From NCBI GenBank assembly GCA_000165425.1, contig CT868607.1:124001-188000 (forward strand): a stretch of 64,000 nucleotides of DNA. Reading direction: 5' to 3'. Made by a program: the position numbers and the translations under genes. This DNA is from Paramecium tetraurelia (lineage: Eukaryota). Of the stretch, positions 41,009 to 55,932 are shown piece by piece; the first letter of the stretch is position 1; each line of letters starts with the position of its first letter. The notes beneath the pieces are model-generated. The model had not been told where the DNA came from. It was given only the letters and a program-made list of their open reading frames with translations, and did not search any database.

Positions 41009-42169
41009 ATGATTGATTAGCTTCTATAAGACAATGGATTGCTGAGGAAATAAATTCCGATTGGATCATAATCTTTATTTAGAGCTATATCAGATGCTCT
41101 TTATTTTACTACATCACAGCATGCGTAAATTAGTTAAATGTTGGTCCAATATTTGGAAAAGTAGATAGCTTTAAATGTAAATTGGAAAATGCATATTAGC
41201 TCATTCCCCAAAGTTTATCAATCTTAAAAACAAACTAAGCCTTAAGAAATGATTATTGTAAACAGCCCAGCTTCTCAAGTTTCGATTAAATCAATTTACA
41301 ATTAACATCCATGATGTTTCGTGTTAAGATAAACCTATATTACATTCAAGATAATAGATTGATGTGTAGAGTTTACAACGATCATCATTTAAGAATGATA
41401 GAGTTATGCAGAGATGATAATAATCATTACGATTGTGTGTATTCGAAAGAATTCATATAAAATGCCACATTAGTGCAATAATTAATCTATGAAGTATATT
41501 CTATAAATCAACATATTTCTTAGTAAATAAACAGCATCATAGGATTGAAGACTGATGTGCCCAAAATATTCAAGAACATCGAATAGGATATCTGGATGAA
41601 TGAAAAGGTGTTCAGTGATGTTAGATCCACCAAAAAGATTCGATCGAACTCGGAACATAAGAAAGACCAATAGGATTTGCTCCTATCTGAATTAGAAAAC
41701 ATTTAAAAGAAGTAACATGAAGAAGACTCAACTGAAGTCTAGATTAGTAATCTGAAAAGTAATCCTCCAGGATTAGATAAGTAATAAAAAGAGAAATATT
41801 CAAAGTAGTTCTATTAGAACAAATCAAAGTAGTACAACTCCAAGTAATAAACCTGTCATTTTAGAGGTTCCAACAACCAGAGAAACAGGAAAACTGAAAT
41901 TCTTTGATGAATAGAAAAGCTATGGATTTATTGTCTTGGATTCTGATAATTCAGATGTATTTGTCCATTTGGATGATTTATAAAGAGCAGGAATCACAAA
42001 AGAAGACTTAAGAAAATTAGGCTCATGTTTCAGATCCTAAACTTAAGTGAATCATTATGGAAGAGGAAATGAAAAACCTCCATCATTTTCATTTTAATTA
42101 ATGACCTATGTTGGTAAGTATAATAGAAGTAGAAAAGCAGTTGATTTAAAATTAATAAATGAATTATGA
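41009..42169 (+). CDS. OTU-like domain (Cys replaced by Ser) + cold-shock domain protein
   Basis: IPIGSQSLFRAISDALY and LCRDDNNHYDCVY..QQLIYE (OTU boxes); TGKLKFFDEQKSYGFIVLDSDNSDVFVH..RKAVDL (CSD RNP1/RNP2). Confidence 0.8.
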
Positions 42170-42877
42170 TTTCAGTTATATTCCAAAATAATATTTTATC
42201 TCCTTGTAAAAGAGTGTGTTTTTATTGTTTCATATACAAGTATGAATCATATTTTCGGAAGGTACTAAATAAGATTTCTAGAAATTTCAGTTCTAAGGTT
42301 AATTTTATTGTTTGCTTTGTAAGTAATTAATTAATATACCAATATTTATATACGATTAGTTTCAACTATTCTAATTGTATTAAATTTATAGTAATCATGT
42401 TGGAATATGTACATTAAACATCAATATTTTTATTATTTGCAAATCTAATATTTTAACATACATCTTTTTTTATTATAGATAAAAGTTATTTCAATATATA
42501 CAGTATTGTAAAAATATATTGAATAAAATAAAAAAACTTGGATAATAGAATACTTATAAATCAGGTAAACACAAACCAGAATCTTTTTATAATTGAATTA
42601 TAGTATTTGTATTAATCAAGTATTCTATGTTAATAACCTTGCTCGAAAACGTATTTTCATAGTGAAATTCACTTGAGGTCATACTTAAGGTAAATAATAA
42701 TTAATTTGAAATATAAACTAAATTTAAATATCCTTAACAATTACATTCTTAATAAGAAATAAAACTATGAACTGATATTCAGGTTAGAATCAAAAGAATG
42801 CATAATTAAGAATATTTAAATTTCAATAAAACATTAATAAACGTATATATATATATATTATAATTATAATAAAATAA

Positions 42878-44321
<1,444 letters not shown>

Positions 44322-44354
44322 TTATTATTGATTATTTAATTCGCTATAAATAAA

Positions 44355-45287
44355 ATGAACTCCATTGGTCCAGAAGAGAATAAGCCAATTTTAAGAATGT
44401 TGTTGGCAGGAGTAGCTTCAATTGCGGCAGGGGGATCTACTCATCCAGTTGATACAGTTAAGGTGAGATTGCAGAAGGAAGGAGAAGGATAGTCTTCTGT
44501 TAAAAAATACAAGAATATCATAAGAGGATCATATGTAATATACTAAGAGGAAGGAATGCGTGCATTATACAAAGGATTATCAGCATCATTAGGTAGAGAA
44601 GCTACGTATTCAACTTTGAGACTTGGATTGTATGAGCCATTTAAGCATATGATATCTAATGATGGAGAGAAGACTTCCTTGGGAGTCAAGTTTTTCGCAG
44701 GTTTGATGTCTGGGTCTACTGGAGCAATTGTTGCAAATCCATGCGACGTGTAATAAATTATTAATAATTTTGATCAGTTTAAAGATTCGATTGCAATCTA
44801 TATCTGGCCATCATCAATCAGTATTTGCTGAAATTACACAAATATTACATCATGAGGGGATTCTGGGTTTGTATAAGGGCACAATGCCAAATTTACTGAG
44901 AGGAGCAATTCTCACAGGCACCAAAATGGCCACTTATGATTAGACTAAATAGTGGTTGAAAGAACATTTTGCATTCAAAGAGGGATTCAGTCTTTAGTTC
45001 GTATGCTCGTTTGCTACAGGTATTCAGATATCAAGTATATAGGATTGATGCTCTCTATTACAACTGCACCTATGGACTTAATTAAAACCAGAATCATGTC
45101 TTAAGATGCTGGTCATAAAGTTTATAATGGACTGATGGATTGTGCAATCAAGACATTTAAATAGGAGGGTCTAGGTGCATTCTATAAAGGGTTTTTCCCT
45201 TAATGGATAAGATTCGGACCATTTAATATTATATAACTTATTGTTTGGGAATAATTACGGACATTTTGTGGAATTAAAAATATATGA
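44355..45287 (+). CDS. Mitochondrial carrier (SLC25; UCP/oxoglutarate-carrier-like)
   Basis: Three PxDxxKxR motifs (PVDTVKVR, PCDVLKIR, PMDLIKTR) and EG..LYKG repeats. Confidence 0.95.
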
Positions 45288-45310
45288 TTAATTGTATGTA
45301 TGTGATATTT

Positions 45311-46045
45311 TCATGGCAGATTCGTTAATTTGTTTGTATTATAATAATCCCAGAAATTGAGTCTGATTGGTTCAAGAGCATTAACAAAACTTTTGATTGC
45401 TGCATAAGCTACTTCATCAGTCTGATTTGGTCCAACAAATGTTTCAAAGACTTTGGTTCTACTTGGAGCAGCTAACCAGGCAGCTTTGGCAGCATTTCTT
45501 ACCATGAATCTACAAATTGTTAAGAATTAATTACGTATGGTAAGGTGCTAAAGCTTCATTGTATGCATCAGAACAGATGTCTGAGAATTTTTTATTTCTG
45601 TTATTATCTACGTCGAGGAACATGATCTTCAAATAGTTAAAGAATCTGATGATTCTCAACAGTGTTCTAGCCATTGATTAATAATTAGGCAATGTCTATT
45701 TATAAATTGATGGGTTAGTGTTACTTTATTTTTTAAGATCTCTTTATTGTTCTCTCCATTTAATTCCATCAATCCTTTCTACTTCTCTATTTAGATGACT
45801 CCAAAGATTCCCTTAGTTTATTCATTGTATTCATTCCCTCTATCTTTGATGACCTAAGCCTTTTCAATGACATCTGAAAATGCAAAATATAGCAATTTGC
45901 CCAATTGTTTGAACAGTTTGCAAAATTCAACCAAAAATTCACCAATTTGTTGGGGAGGGTAATCTCTATTCTACTCAAAGAATTGATTGGCTTCTGTCAG
46001 CAACTTTAGAATCTTCTCATTGTCATATCTATCGTTTTAATCCAT
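45311..46045 (-). CDS. GLTP-fold lipid transfer protein (CPTP/ACD11-like)
   Basis: LGKLLYFAFSDVIEK, SMARTLLRIIR, AYNEALAPYH..VRNAA...APSR. Confidence 0.8.
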
Positions 46046-46081
46046 GATTATTTAATAAACTATTTATTTAATTTTGAATTA

Positions 46082-46630
46082 ATGGATTATCGAATTGGAT
46101 CAGCAAGCATGAGTGATTTAGAAAGTGCCAAATTGGTTGCAAAGAAACTGTTTGAGACCTATGATAGAGACAGAAATGGAGTCATTGATACAACTGAGAC
46201 TATACCTATGATTGTGGATGCATACAAATCCTTTAATCGAAGTTTTCAACCAACCAGAGGAGATATCGATAGTTATTCAAAGGTCATGGATAGAAATGGA
46301 GATGGCAAAGTCACCTATTAAGACATAGAAGAATTGTGCATCAAATATTTATGTCCTCAGTTTTCTTAACAATAAAGACAATAAGCTAATAAACCATAAG
46401 ATCCCAGAATCGATGTAGCCAGAAGAGTGTTTAGGAAATATGATACTGATAATTCTGGCTATTTAAATGTTCAGGAAATACAAAAAATGATAGCCGAAGC
46501 CTACAGATCTATGGGATTAGCTTAGCCTACCTATAAAGATGTGTAAGTTTGGTTAGAAGCAGCTGATACTAATAAAGATGGTTTTATCTCTCTTTAAGAG
46601 TTTGAATAATTTGTCTTAAAAAGCTTATGA
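46082..46630 (+). CDS. Four-EF-hand calcium-binding protein
   Basis: Loops DRDRNGVIDTTE, DRNGDGKVTYQD, DTDNSGYLNVQE and DTNKDGFISLQE. Confidence 0.93.
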
Positions 46631-46831
46631 AAATTATTTAGTTTAAAAATAACAATTTATAATTATTTATTCAGTTCTTTCTCATAAAATTTAAATAATT
46701 TTTATTATAATAAAATTAATCTAAACTTTCTGTTTAGAATTAAATGTTATTTATCATTTATCTATTAAATAACTATAAATGTATCTGTATTTATTCGCAT
46801 CGAACATAATACATAAATAGATTATTGAAAA

Positions 46832-48600
46832 ATGAATGATCAAAAAATTAGATTAATGAAGCAAAATGACTAAATAAAACACAGCATTAAAAGGGTTGAT
46901 TTTTAAGAAAAACTGATTTTCCTCAGAATCTAACTAATTCTCAATTTCTCTAATATAATAATTTAATATTTTCAATAAAGTAGTAAATTCTGGCATTAAA
47001 AATGGCATTAACAAATAATTAAAATAATTATATTATAACATTTTGAAATGAATTCTTGGTCATTCTGTCTAATAAAGATTGATTCATATGCTTGGATCGA
47101 ATAATCTAACAAACATTTGAATAGTATTATTAGTTCCTGTAAATTAGAATAATTATATTATGACTAAGTAAAGAGAGGTTTCTATTTTGATGAATGATAA
47201 ACCTAGTGAGATTCTTTGAGAACTTTAATAAAATGATACTAAAATTTCAGGATATGCTCAGGTTTCAAAGAGAATTTCAACAAATAGATTAATAAATTTT
47301 AGGCTGTTAATTGAATATTTGATGTGCTTATTTCTGGTGTTATAAATAGAAGACCCATAACTATGGTAATAATAACAATAACGATCAAGTTAGGATGAAG
47401 AGAACCAGGAATATACATTAGATAATATTTTTATATTTAGATTTAAATTATCGAAAATTTGAAAATAAGGGGGTGGATAAGATAATTAAATAAAATTAAT
47501 GCTGTCCTCACTATTTATTCGAAAATTCTAAAAGAAAAATAGTTAAATAAAATTCGGAGGGAATAACTTTAAATTTCCACATGAAATTGTTATCAGTTGA
47601 ATAAAGCGAACCTTAATAAAACGAATGTTAGACAAAGAACTAACTATCTGGGGGAGAACCATTATTAAACAAAAATGATTATTAAGTGAAGAAGGTACTA
47701 AACATTAATGGAGTGTAATCTCTTGATACATCAAATGAGGGATGCCTTGATTTAACCTGGTTAATTGAGGCAATCAAAAGATAAACCGCCTTAGAATAAG
47801 TCTCAAAAGCGAAGGTATAAATTTAGTCATAATTAAATCAGAAAATAAAAAAGTTCTAACTGAAATTAAAAAGAAAATAAAAGTCCAAATAAATGAGATT
47901 GCTTAAAAAAATAGCCTTCTATGACATTGCCTAAATACTATTAAATATATGATTAATTGTTTATGCTTGTTATTCATATTTTAATAATATATTTTATTCA
48001 TTGTTTTTTAAAATAAGTAGATGACAATTCATTGAATTAAGTATTAAGAGTCATTTCTGATAATTTATATCAAGAATGTAAAAATTTAAGTATTTTTTGT
48101 GTCAACAGCCATCAAAATGAGAATTGCATAAGAGATGATAAATAGCACCCTTTGGAATGTATGACAATGATAAATATTGAAAATATAAGTATAAAAGGAT
48201 TTTAGATTAAAATATGATTCTAATCGACATCACTCTTTTTAATAGCAATGAATATTTCTACATACTATAAAACCCTTCAAATTAACTAGAGAATATTAAA
48301 GTCAATTAAGTGACTCATTTTAGTTTTGATCAATACTTGGATGCTCAAATTTAGTTGTAAACAAATTGTTTTTATAGAGAAATCCAGATTAAGAGATTGT
48401 AAAACCTTAGGAATAGAGATAAATGAATAAATTAATAGACTTTTTGAAGAGAATGATAATAATGCATATGGTATTTCATAAATTTGATATCAAAAAGTTG
48501 ATATTTGAAATGAAATAGTAATATTCTTTTCAAAGGAGTGTAATAGACATTTGTAGATTTAAGAGGGGATAGATAATTGAATGAATGCTAATTATTAAAA
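46832..48600 (+). pseudogene. Possible decayed gene relic(s)
   Basis: Coding-like purine-rich stretches (e.g. an open frame at about 47194-47462) broken by many TGAs; no recognisable motif. Confidence 0.25.
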
Positions 48601-48627
48601 CTAAAACAAATAATAATTAAAACAATA

Positions 48628-49718
48628 ATGATTATAATTTTATTATTCTTGGTCAATTTTATTAATGCAGACCCACTTGCTACATAAAAAACAAATGAAT
48701 TAAGGGAAATGTAATTGAGAGATGGAATAATTGAATTGAATTCAACTGGATATTTGTATCATTTTTATATTCATATTCGAGTTACTACACAATGGAATTT
48801 CCACGACCATATGATATTGTTATCTATTTTGTTGCTCCCAGCTGCAAACTGTGCAATGATCTGAATGAGCATTACTAAAAAGTAGCCAAATTCTATGCTG
48901 ATTCAGGAGCGTTATACAAGAGTGAATCGAAAAGAGCTGTCTTCTTTGCCACAATGACATTCAATGATAAAAATAAGCAAGTCTTCGAACAACTTGGATT
49001 CATTTCAGCCCCAAACTTATTTATCTCATAACCTCATATAGTATTTGTGCCACAAGATGAAAGAGAAAGATATTTAAGAGACATGAAATGGACTATTTCC
49101 TATACGGATGGTACAGTCACAGCACATAAATTCCTCGAATTCATCAACAAGAGGACTGGAAGATAGGTCGATTATAAGGCCTCAACCTCAGAAGCTCTTA
49201 CTGTTATTGGTGTTCTTCTTGGAGCTTTAACATTTGGAGGCCTGATATTCATTATAGCAAGACCCTTGTTTCTAAATCCAAAATTGTGGTTTATAGGATC
49301 AATAATCATCTTCATTACTTGTTTGGCTGGAGTCGTCTATAACATAATTCATAATGTTCCATTCTTTAGTCAAAATAACAGAGGAGGCTTATAATGGAAG
49401 ACCAATAGTGGCAGACAACAACTTGGGTTTGAAGGATTGTTCCTTAGTCTTGGAATGACATTTGTTGGATTGACTATGGTTTTAATAATGAAATTTAAAG
49501 TTTTAGTCAAACATCAAAAATTAAGCATGTAATTTTATTAATATATCAATAGATTTATCGAAAGATTTATATATGTTGCCTTATTTGCTGCCATCTTCAT
49601 ATTCATCCAATTTGTTGAAGAAAACTATAGACAAAAGTCGCACTATAATCCAATCTATTGGCCACCAAAACATTACATCAAGGGACCATTAAACAGAGAC
49701 TAAGGCAATTCATTTTGA
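48628..49718 (+). CDS. Oligosaccharyltransferase subunit OST3/OST6 (TUSC3/MAGT1 family)
   Basis: Signal peptide; PRPYDIVIYFVA..CKLC thioredoxin-like CxxC; TM helices with GVVYNIIHNVPF and QQLGFEG. Confidence 0.88.
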
Positions 49719-49881
49719 GTTTATATTAAATAGTAAAAGTAAATAAATTATACATTTTTCTATAATGAAAGTAAAATCAAATTCAGTTTTGATAGACTTA
49801 TAGAATTCTAATTGTTTTATCAAAGATTCTATGAAGTTGACTCTACTCTCCTTTATGTATTAATTTTAGTATTAATTTGAA

Positions 49882-50887
49882 TCACTTAGATTAAAACTGC
49901 TTTTATTATTTTATACTTTCTTCTTCCTCAATTTAAATATATTGTTTAGGTTGTTATGGCTTAGTTTTGTCAAACTATTTCAACAATTATTTTTCATCAT
50001 CCATTATTTTAATATATCTAGGGTCATTTTGAAATTAGTTGAATATCCCAAATTATTGAAGTGCATCTTCGGCTGAGATTCTCTAAATCAATAAAATATG
50101 ATAAGTTACTTATTTAGGATCTTTTTGAAGCATTTATTTCAACAATACCTTAAATTCATCCGAAATAGCGTATTTTTAATCATCCAAATCATACTACTTC
50201 GTTTAAATAGATTCTTCGATTACTTTATGGTTATTTCCAATGAAGTATAGTTCTCCAAAAAGCATTTAATGAATAACCAATCCTAAGGACCACATATCTA
50301 CTTTTTAATCATATTCATCATTTGTAAAAATTTCAGGAGCCATATATGCTAAAGTACCAAGCTTAGTTTTATAGGTTGGCTTTTACTTAGCAAAAGTAAA
50401 GCTTCCCAATTTATAAACTCCATCCTTAATTAAAATATGTTCAGGTTTAATAATTCTATGAGCAATATTGTTTTTAGCCAATAGAGCAAGTGCCTACAGC
50501 AATTAAAACAAAATGAATAAGGCTTCATTTTCTTGGATCTTCTTTTTTCTATACATTTGTTACTCTAAAGATCCTTAATCGCACAATTCCATAACTAAAC
50601 ATATATTATCTTATATCTCTAAGCATTCATAAGTTTTACTGATAAATGGACAAATATCTTTTCTTACAATTTCTGCTATAACATTGTGTATTTGCACTTA
50701 ACCCCCAATTAATCCATACATTCTATTATTACTTGATTAATAAAATAAGATTTTACTAAATTTTAAATGCTAGAGCTTCTTGAGTTTATAAATTTTAGCC
50801 TTGAAAGATATTTGCAATTGTTCCAAATACTAATCTCTAATTCTACCAATATTAATATTTATTTCCAATAACTACATTCTCTTCCAT
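49882..50887 (-). CDS. Protein-kinase-fold protein, probable pseudokinase
   Basis: LVMELCDQGSL, HRIIKPEH, LGSFTFAK, GTLAYMAPE, KVDMWSLG. Confidence 0.85.
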
Positions 50888-51260
50888 ATTTTAAATATTT
50901 TTTATTTTTAAATTTATGAAATATTAAAAATTCAGGATAAGAGTCTTAAATTTGTTTTATTTTTCTATTAAAATTATTCCATATAATTTAATGTATAAAA
51001 ATTTAATACCTAATATTCAACATTCATACTACTTAATTAGTCTATATTTATTAATACATTTAATATAATTTATCAAAGTAGGCTCTTCACTATTTCTTAG
51101 TAATGCAAAGTCATGAAGATAAAGTTAATAGATGTTTACCCTATTTCTAATATTTAAGTAAAAGGATATTCATATGTTCTTATTTCTAAATATGACTAAG
51201 TGATTATGGAAAGACATCGAAAATATTAAATTATAATATAAAAAAAAAATAATAATTCTA

Positions 51261-51926
51261 ATGGGAACAGGTGGTGGTGGAATGAAGGCTTAATCACTAT
51301 AAGATTAGTTAAAATACATCCGCCGACAGAACGGATCGAGGAAGTGCTGAAAAATACTCACTTTTCTTTTTATAAAAGAAAAAAAATTTTTTTCTTTTTT
51401 AAAAAAAAATNNNNNNNNNNNNNNNNNNNNNNNNNNNNNNNNNNNNNNNNNNNNNNNNNNNNNNNNNNNNNNNNNNNNNNNNNNNNNNNNNNNNNNNNNN
51501 NNNNNNNNNNNNNNNNNNNNNNNNNNNNNNNNNNNNNNNNNNNNNNNNNNNNNNNNNNNNACTATGGGTTTCGCCACGTTTATGCAATATTTGACTGTCT
51601 TTCATCCATTATCAGATGTGGAGTAGAAAAAAGATTACATGTTTAATATATATGATTTGGATCAGGATGGTAAAATTACAAAGGAAGACTTGACAGAAGT
51701 GTTTAAGATTTTATTCATGAAAAGTCAAACATCTGCAATTTAGAAGAAGTCAATGAGACCTTAAATATTTCAGACCAATTTTATGAACAAAGACTACGTT
51801 GAGAAACTGGGAAAGGACATTATGAACATTGTAGATGATGACAAGTCAAATTCAATTGAATTAGATGAATTCGTTAAAATGTTTACAGACACAGACTTGA
51901 AGTTTAGAATGAATATCGTATTTTGA
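51261..51926 (+). CDS. Calcineurin-B/CHP-like EF-hand protein interrupted by the assembly gap
   Basis: MG start; after the gap FMQYLTVFHP..FNIYDLDQDGKITKEDL and VDDDKSNSIELDEF. Confidence 0.75.
51411..51560. other. Assembly gap (150 N)
   Basis: Run of n characters. Confidence 1.
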
Positions 51927-51979
51927 GTAATTGAGTATCAAACTAGTTTAAAAAGTTAAGCTCATTTGTTATATATATT

Positions 51980-53028
51980 TCATAATTCTTCTTGTAGTTA
52001 TGGTTGCTAAAGGAGTGGTTGCTAGTTATCTGCCAACAATTATGATCTGCAATTTGGACAAGTTGATTGGATTTATAACCAGGCAGATATACAAGTGTTA
52101 TGAAAATGATGAAGTGGACTGCAAGGCATTTACAGGACTTCATCATCAGTTTGATAAGGTTGCATACAAATTGAGCATTCTTGTTCTCCTTCAATTATGT
52201 TAGGCTTATACAAAATCTTATTTTTCTGTAATTCACTCAATGCCATCAAAGCCTGTTATTTCTTTCTTCTATCAGTGAAACATCTAACTATTAGATAAAC
52301 CAAAATAAAAGGGAGCATGACCAATGCCAAAGCAGCTAGTAAATAATACTAGGAATATTATAAGAATAATAAAGCTCCGTAAATGTAGGTTTGAATAATT
52401 GGCCATCTATCGCATTTATTCCCTTCTGCGCCACTGTTCTGGGGATTAGATATTATATAATAAATCGTCCAAATAAATATTGCCTAATTAGTTGCATTGC
52501 TAAAGATGTTATTGTACTTGCAAAACCTACTTTAATTCACGATCTCTTATCTTATTTACAATTGCATTACATCTGCCTTTTTATCTAGTTCCATTGTTGA
52601 CAAGTTTGCAGTGGGATCAAAAACTATCTTAATCATTATTTGATACCTTCTGGAGCTATTGGATGATCTGTCACTTCATTTAATGGAACAAACACTATTT
52701 AAACATAATGGAAAGCTAAATGCTATTAAATTGATTGAATATTGGAGAAATGAAATAACTATCCGTACAAAACCAAACTAAAAATTGCTTGGAGACTGCT
52801 AAATAACACCCAATAATGTAAGTCATTCCACCCACAATCTTGTAAAGATAATAAAACTAAAATAATCGGCATGCTGATTATTAAGTATAATCTCTCAAGG
52901 AATAGGAAAAACACCCTCAATCTAAATTAATCCATTGCTCTTCCAAAAAGCTTTGTGAATTTAGGAACAGTGTTTCCTTCATTTTCATTATTAACCATTT
53001 GTTACCCTCCGTCTATTTGAGCATTCAT
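51980..53028 (-). CDS. Multi-pass membrane RING-H2 E3 ubiquitin ligase
   Basis: Hydrophobic segments followed by CSIC..MPCSPLHHFHNTCISAWLQIQSTCPNCR. Confidence 0.9.
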
Positions 53029-53637
53029 TTTCTATATTATTATATATATTATTGAATTCTAATATGTACATCAATTCGATTTCTGACACTCTTTGTAGTA
53101 TTTTTATATCCACAAAGACAAGGCAAATTCAGAATTCTTGTGCCTCTGACTAACAATAAAAAGTTAATTCATTTAAAATTACTCAAATCTTAAAAAATAA
53201 TCGAGTCTATTAATAATTTTAATACTAAATTATGTAAAATAAACTGTTTGTTCTGATATATTAGATACTAATTATGCTAAAAACAAAACTAAATTAAATA
53301 AATTGCCCTATGAGGATAAAATATAAAAAATAAATTATAAAAATGAGGGTTATAGTTGTAATAACTTTAATAGACATTCATTAATCAATTTTTAAATTGT
53401 AGAATTAGCTTTAAGAAAATTGTGCAAAGAAATTTTGCTTATTATATTTGTGTTATCAAATAGTTCATAATATCTTCGAAATCAATACAAAAACTGTAAT
53501 ATGAAGTTCCTTTTTATTTTAAAAATAATAATATCGCTTATATTTTAAGATTTATATTAAATATCATGATAAGTAACTAATTTTATAGAATAATCTCAAA
53601 ATTTAGAACTAAATTTAATAATTAATTATATATAAAT

Positions 53638-55559
53638 ATGTTAAAGCGATTTCTACCGCTAACTAAGTAAATTGCGTTTACTTTAAAAGGTTCTCCAAAA
53701 ACACTCTACATATTCAAAATGCAAATACCAAACCAAACTAATTTTAATAAAACATAATATAATTTTTCTTAGAATCATAAAATGTAATCCAATAAATTAT
53801 ATTAAGTTCATTAGAAGACGGGGATAATCATATTAAATCTATTTAAGAATAAATAGTGGCTTTGAATGATTTAGAAGATGTCTGTAACATCTAGTCTCAA
53901 GTTATAGAATATTTGGAGGATAATCTTAAAAATTTCGATGACAAATACTTTAATGTTATCTACATAGAAGAAATATTGGTTTTACATTGGTATTAAGTTG
54001 CCATTTATGCATATACATAGCATTAAAATCCTTTAAGTGGTGAATTTACTTAAAAACTAATAAATTGCGATTTATTAAAATAATTAGATATCATTAAACA
54101 ATATAAATTGCTAGATCAAATTAATGTGGAAAGATTGAAAGTTAAGTTGAATGCTGCAAGTATAATGTGCAAAATGATCAATTATGGTGTAGAAGCTGAT
54201 ATTAATTAATTACATGATTGGATGAAGTAATAAAATATAAATGATTATTAGTGATTATTTAGACTAACTTGAAATACACAATTAAATTATTTTAGAAATT
54301 TCTTCAAAGAACAAAGTTTAAGCATACTGCAATACTTTTAAGGATCTTTATATAAACTTCTACTTTTTTATTGCATAAATCCATAGGAAACGAAACTTAA
54401 TCGATGAATTTGAAAGATTTATAGATCAAGGAATTGAAGAAGTTAAATTTCAAGCCGAGAAGATTATATAAGAACCTAAAGGATAATTTGAGTTGAATTT
54501 GACTTTGTTGAATTTATTTGAGCTGTTCATTAGCATTAAATAAGCTGATGATATTAAATCAGAGTTTACTATAGATTTTGCTAATAAAATTGTAGATTTA
54601 ATTTCCACCTACTGGGAAGAGTCATTTGAAACATATGTTTTAGACATAAAAGTTAACTTTGCACAATTTTACTTAAGTTAAGATCTTTTTGACAAAGCAA
54701 CTAAGTTACTAGCTGATGTTTATTCAATAAGGACTGCTATTATTGAAGATAAAACATTATTTTCATGATACTCTAATATCTACTATTGCAAAAAAAGAGG
54801 GTTTTTGGAAGATATAAACATGAATGAGGTTATAACATTAGCTGATAATCTAAATATAACAGATTTGGATAAACCAATAATATTGCTACTGGATGTATGG
54901 TTAATTTAATTATATGTAGTTTAATATGTGTGTTTTTGATGACATTTTAGAAACATAGGATCTCGCTCAAATTAAAATCAGATTTGAAAAAGTTATTGAT
55001 AATATTAATGAACTAAGCAAATAAATTAAAGAGAACAAATTACCTGTATTTTATATTAGTAATACGATTCATAGGCTTAGATACCAATTTTTGATTGGAT
55101 TGATCAAGTGATGTAAAATAATCTATTAAAAAATAACGAATAATTAATTTTACCCATTTACAATGCATTGAATCAATTTAAGGATATTGAATTAGACATT
55201 GATCGTTAGAATTTGGAAAGAGATTTTTATTTAATAGTATTATCGTTTAAATTGACAGATTAAATAAACTTAACTTCTAAATAAAAAGTAAAAAATGCAG
55301 AGGACTTTGTAATTAAATAATTTATAAGCTATTCTAGGCAATTTTATACATTCAAAATTAGGAGTTGCAAAATATTGCACTTAATAAATTGCTGCTGTTG
55401 AATTTCTAATTAATTGATGAGGGCAAGTTAGAAGAATGCTAAGATATTATAGATTCATTATTAGCAATATTATAAAAAGGAAATTAAAATTTAAATAAAT
55501 TTTTTAAGTAATTCCAAAATTAGAAAAATTAGATTCTACGAGTAAAGAAAAATTAATGA
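53638..55559 (+). CDS. Helical hypothetical protein with a putative mitochondrial presequence and one in-frame TGA at 54766
   Basis: Basic N-terminus MLKRFLPLTK; the frame is continuous over five tiny introns except for a single TGA. Confidence 0.55.
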
Positions 55560-55932
55560 TTATTTTAGAATGTATTAATAAATTATATAAAGTATATTAT
55601 AGATACGATAATAAACTCTATATATAGGAATTTATTATCAAAATAAAAATCGACAGTTCATTTAAATAGCTATTAAACTATTATTAATTGAATGTTTAGT
55701 GTCATAATTAGCTATGTTGATACTAAGTCTAATTATTTAATATTGATGTTTACGATAAATTTTCAAACAAATTTAGGACATAAATTAAAATTGTCATAAA
55801 TTTATCAATTTAATTATAAATTGCTCATTCATAAATCCATTAGTTTTAAAATTAAGAAATAACATATCACAAAACAAATGAAAAATCCTTTATATAAGAA
55901 ATTACGATAATCTCTAATAAAATAATGAAATT

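Noticed and set aside
42844..42858. (TA)n tract upstream of the USP gene
   Set aside because: A short microsatellite, expected in AT-rich DNA.
51361..51410. Near-palindromic A/T-run sequence beside the gap (possible hairpin or terminator)
   Set aside because: Low-complexity homopolymers at a contig end inside a gene; most likely poor-quality read sequence.
51305..51646. ORFs containing X runs
   Set aside because: Artefacts of translating the N gap.
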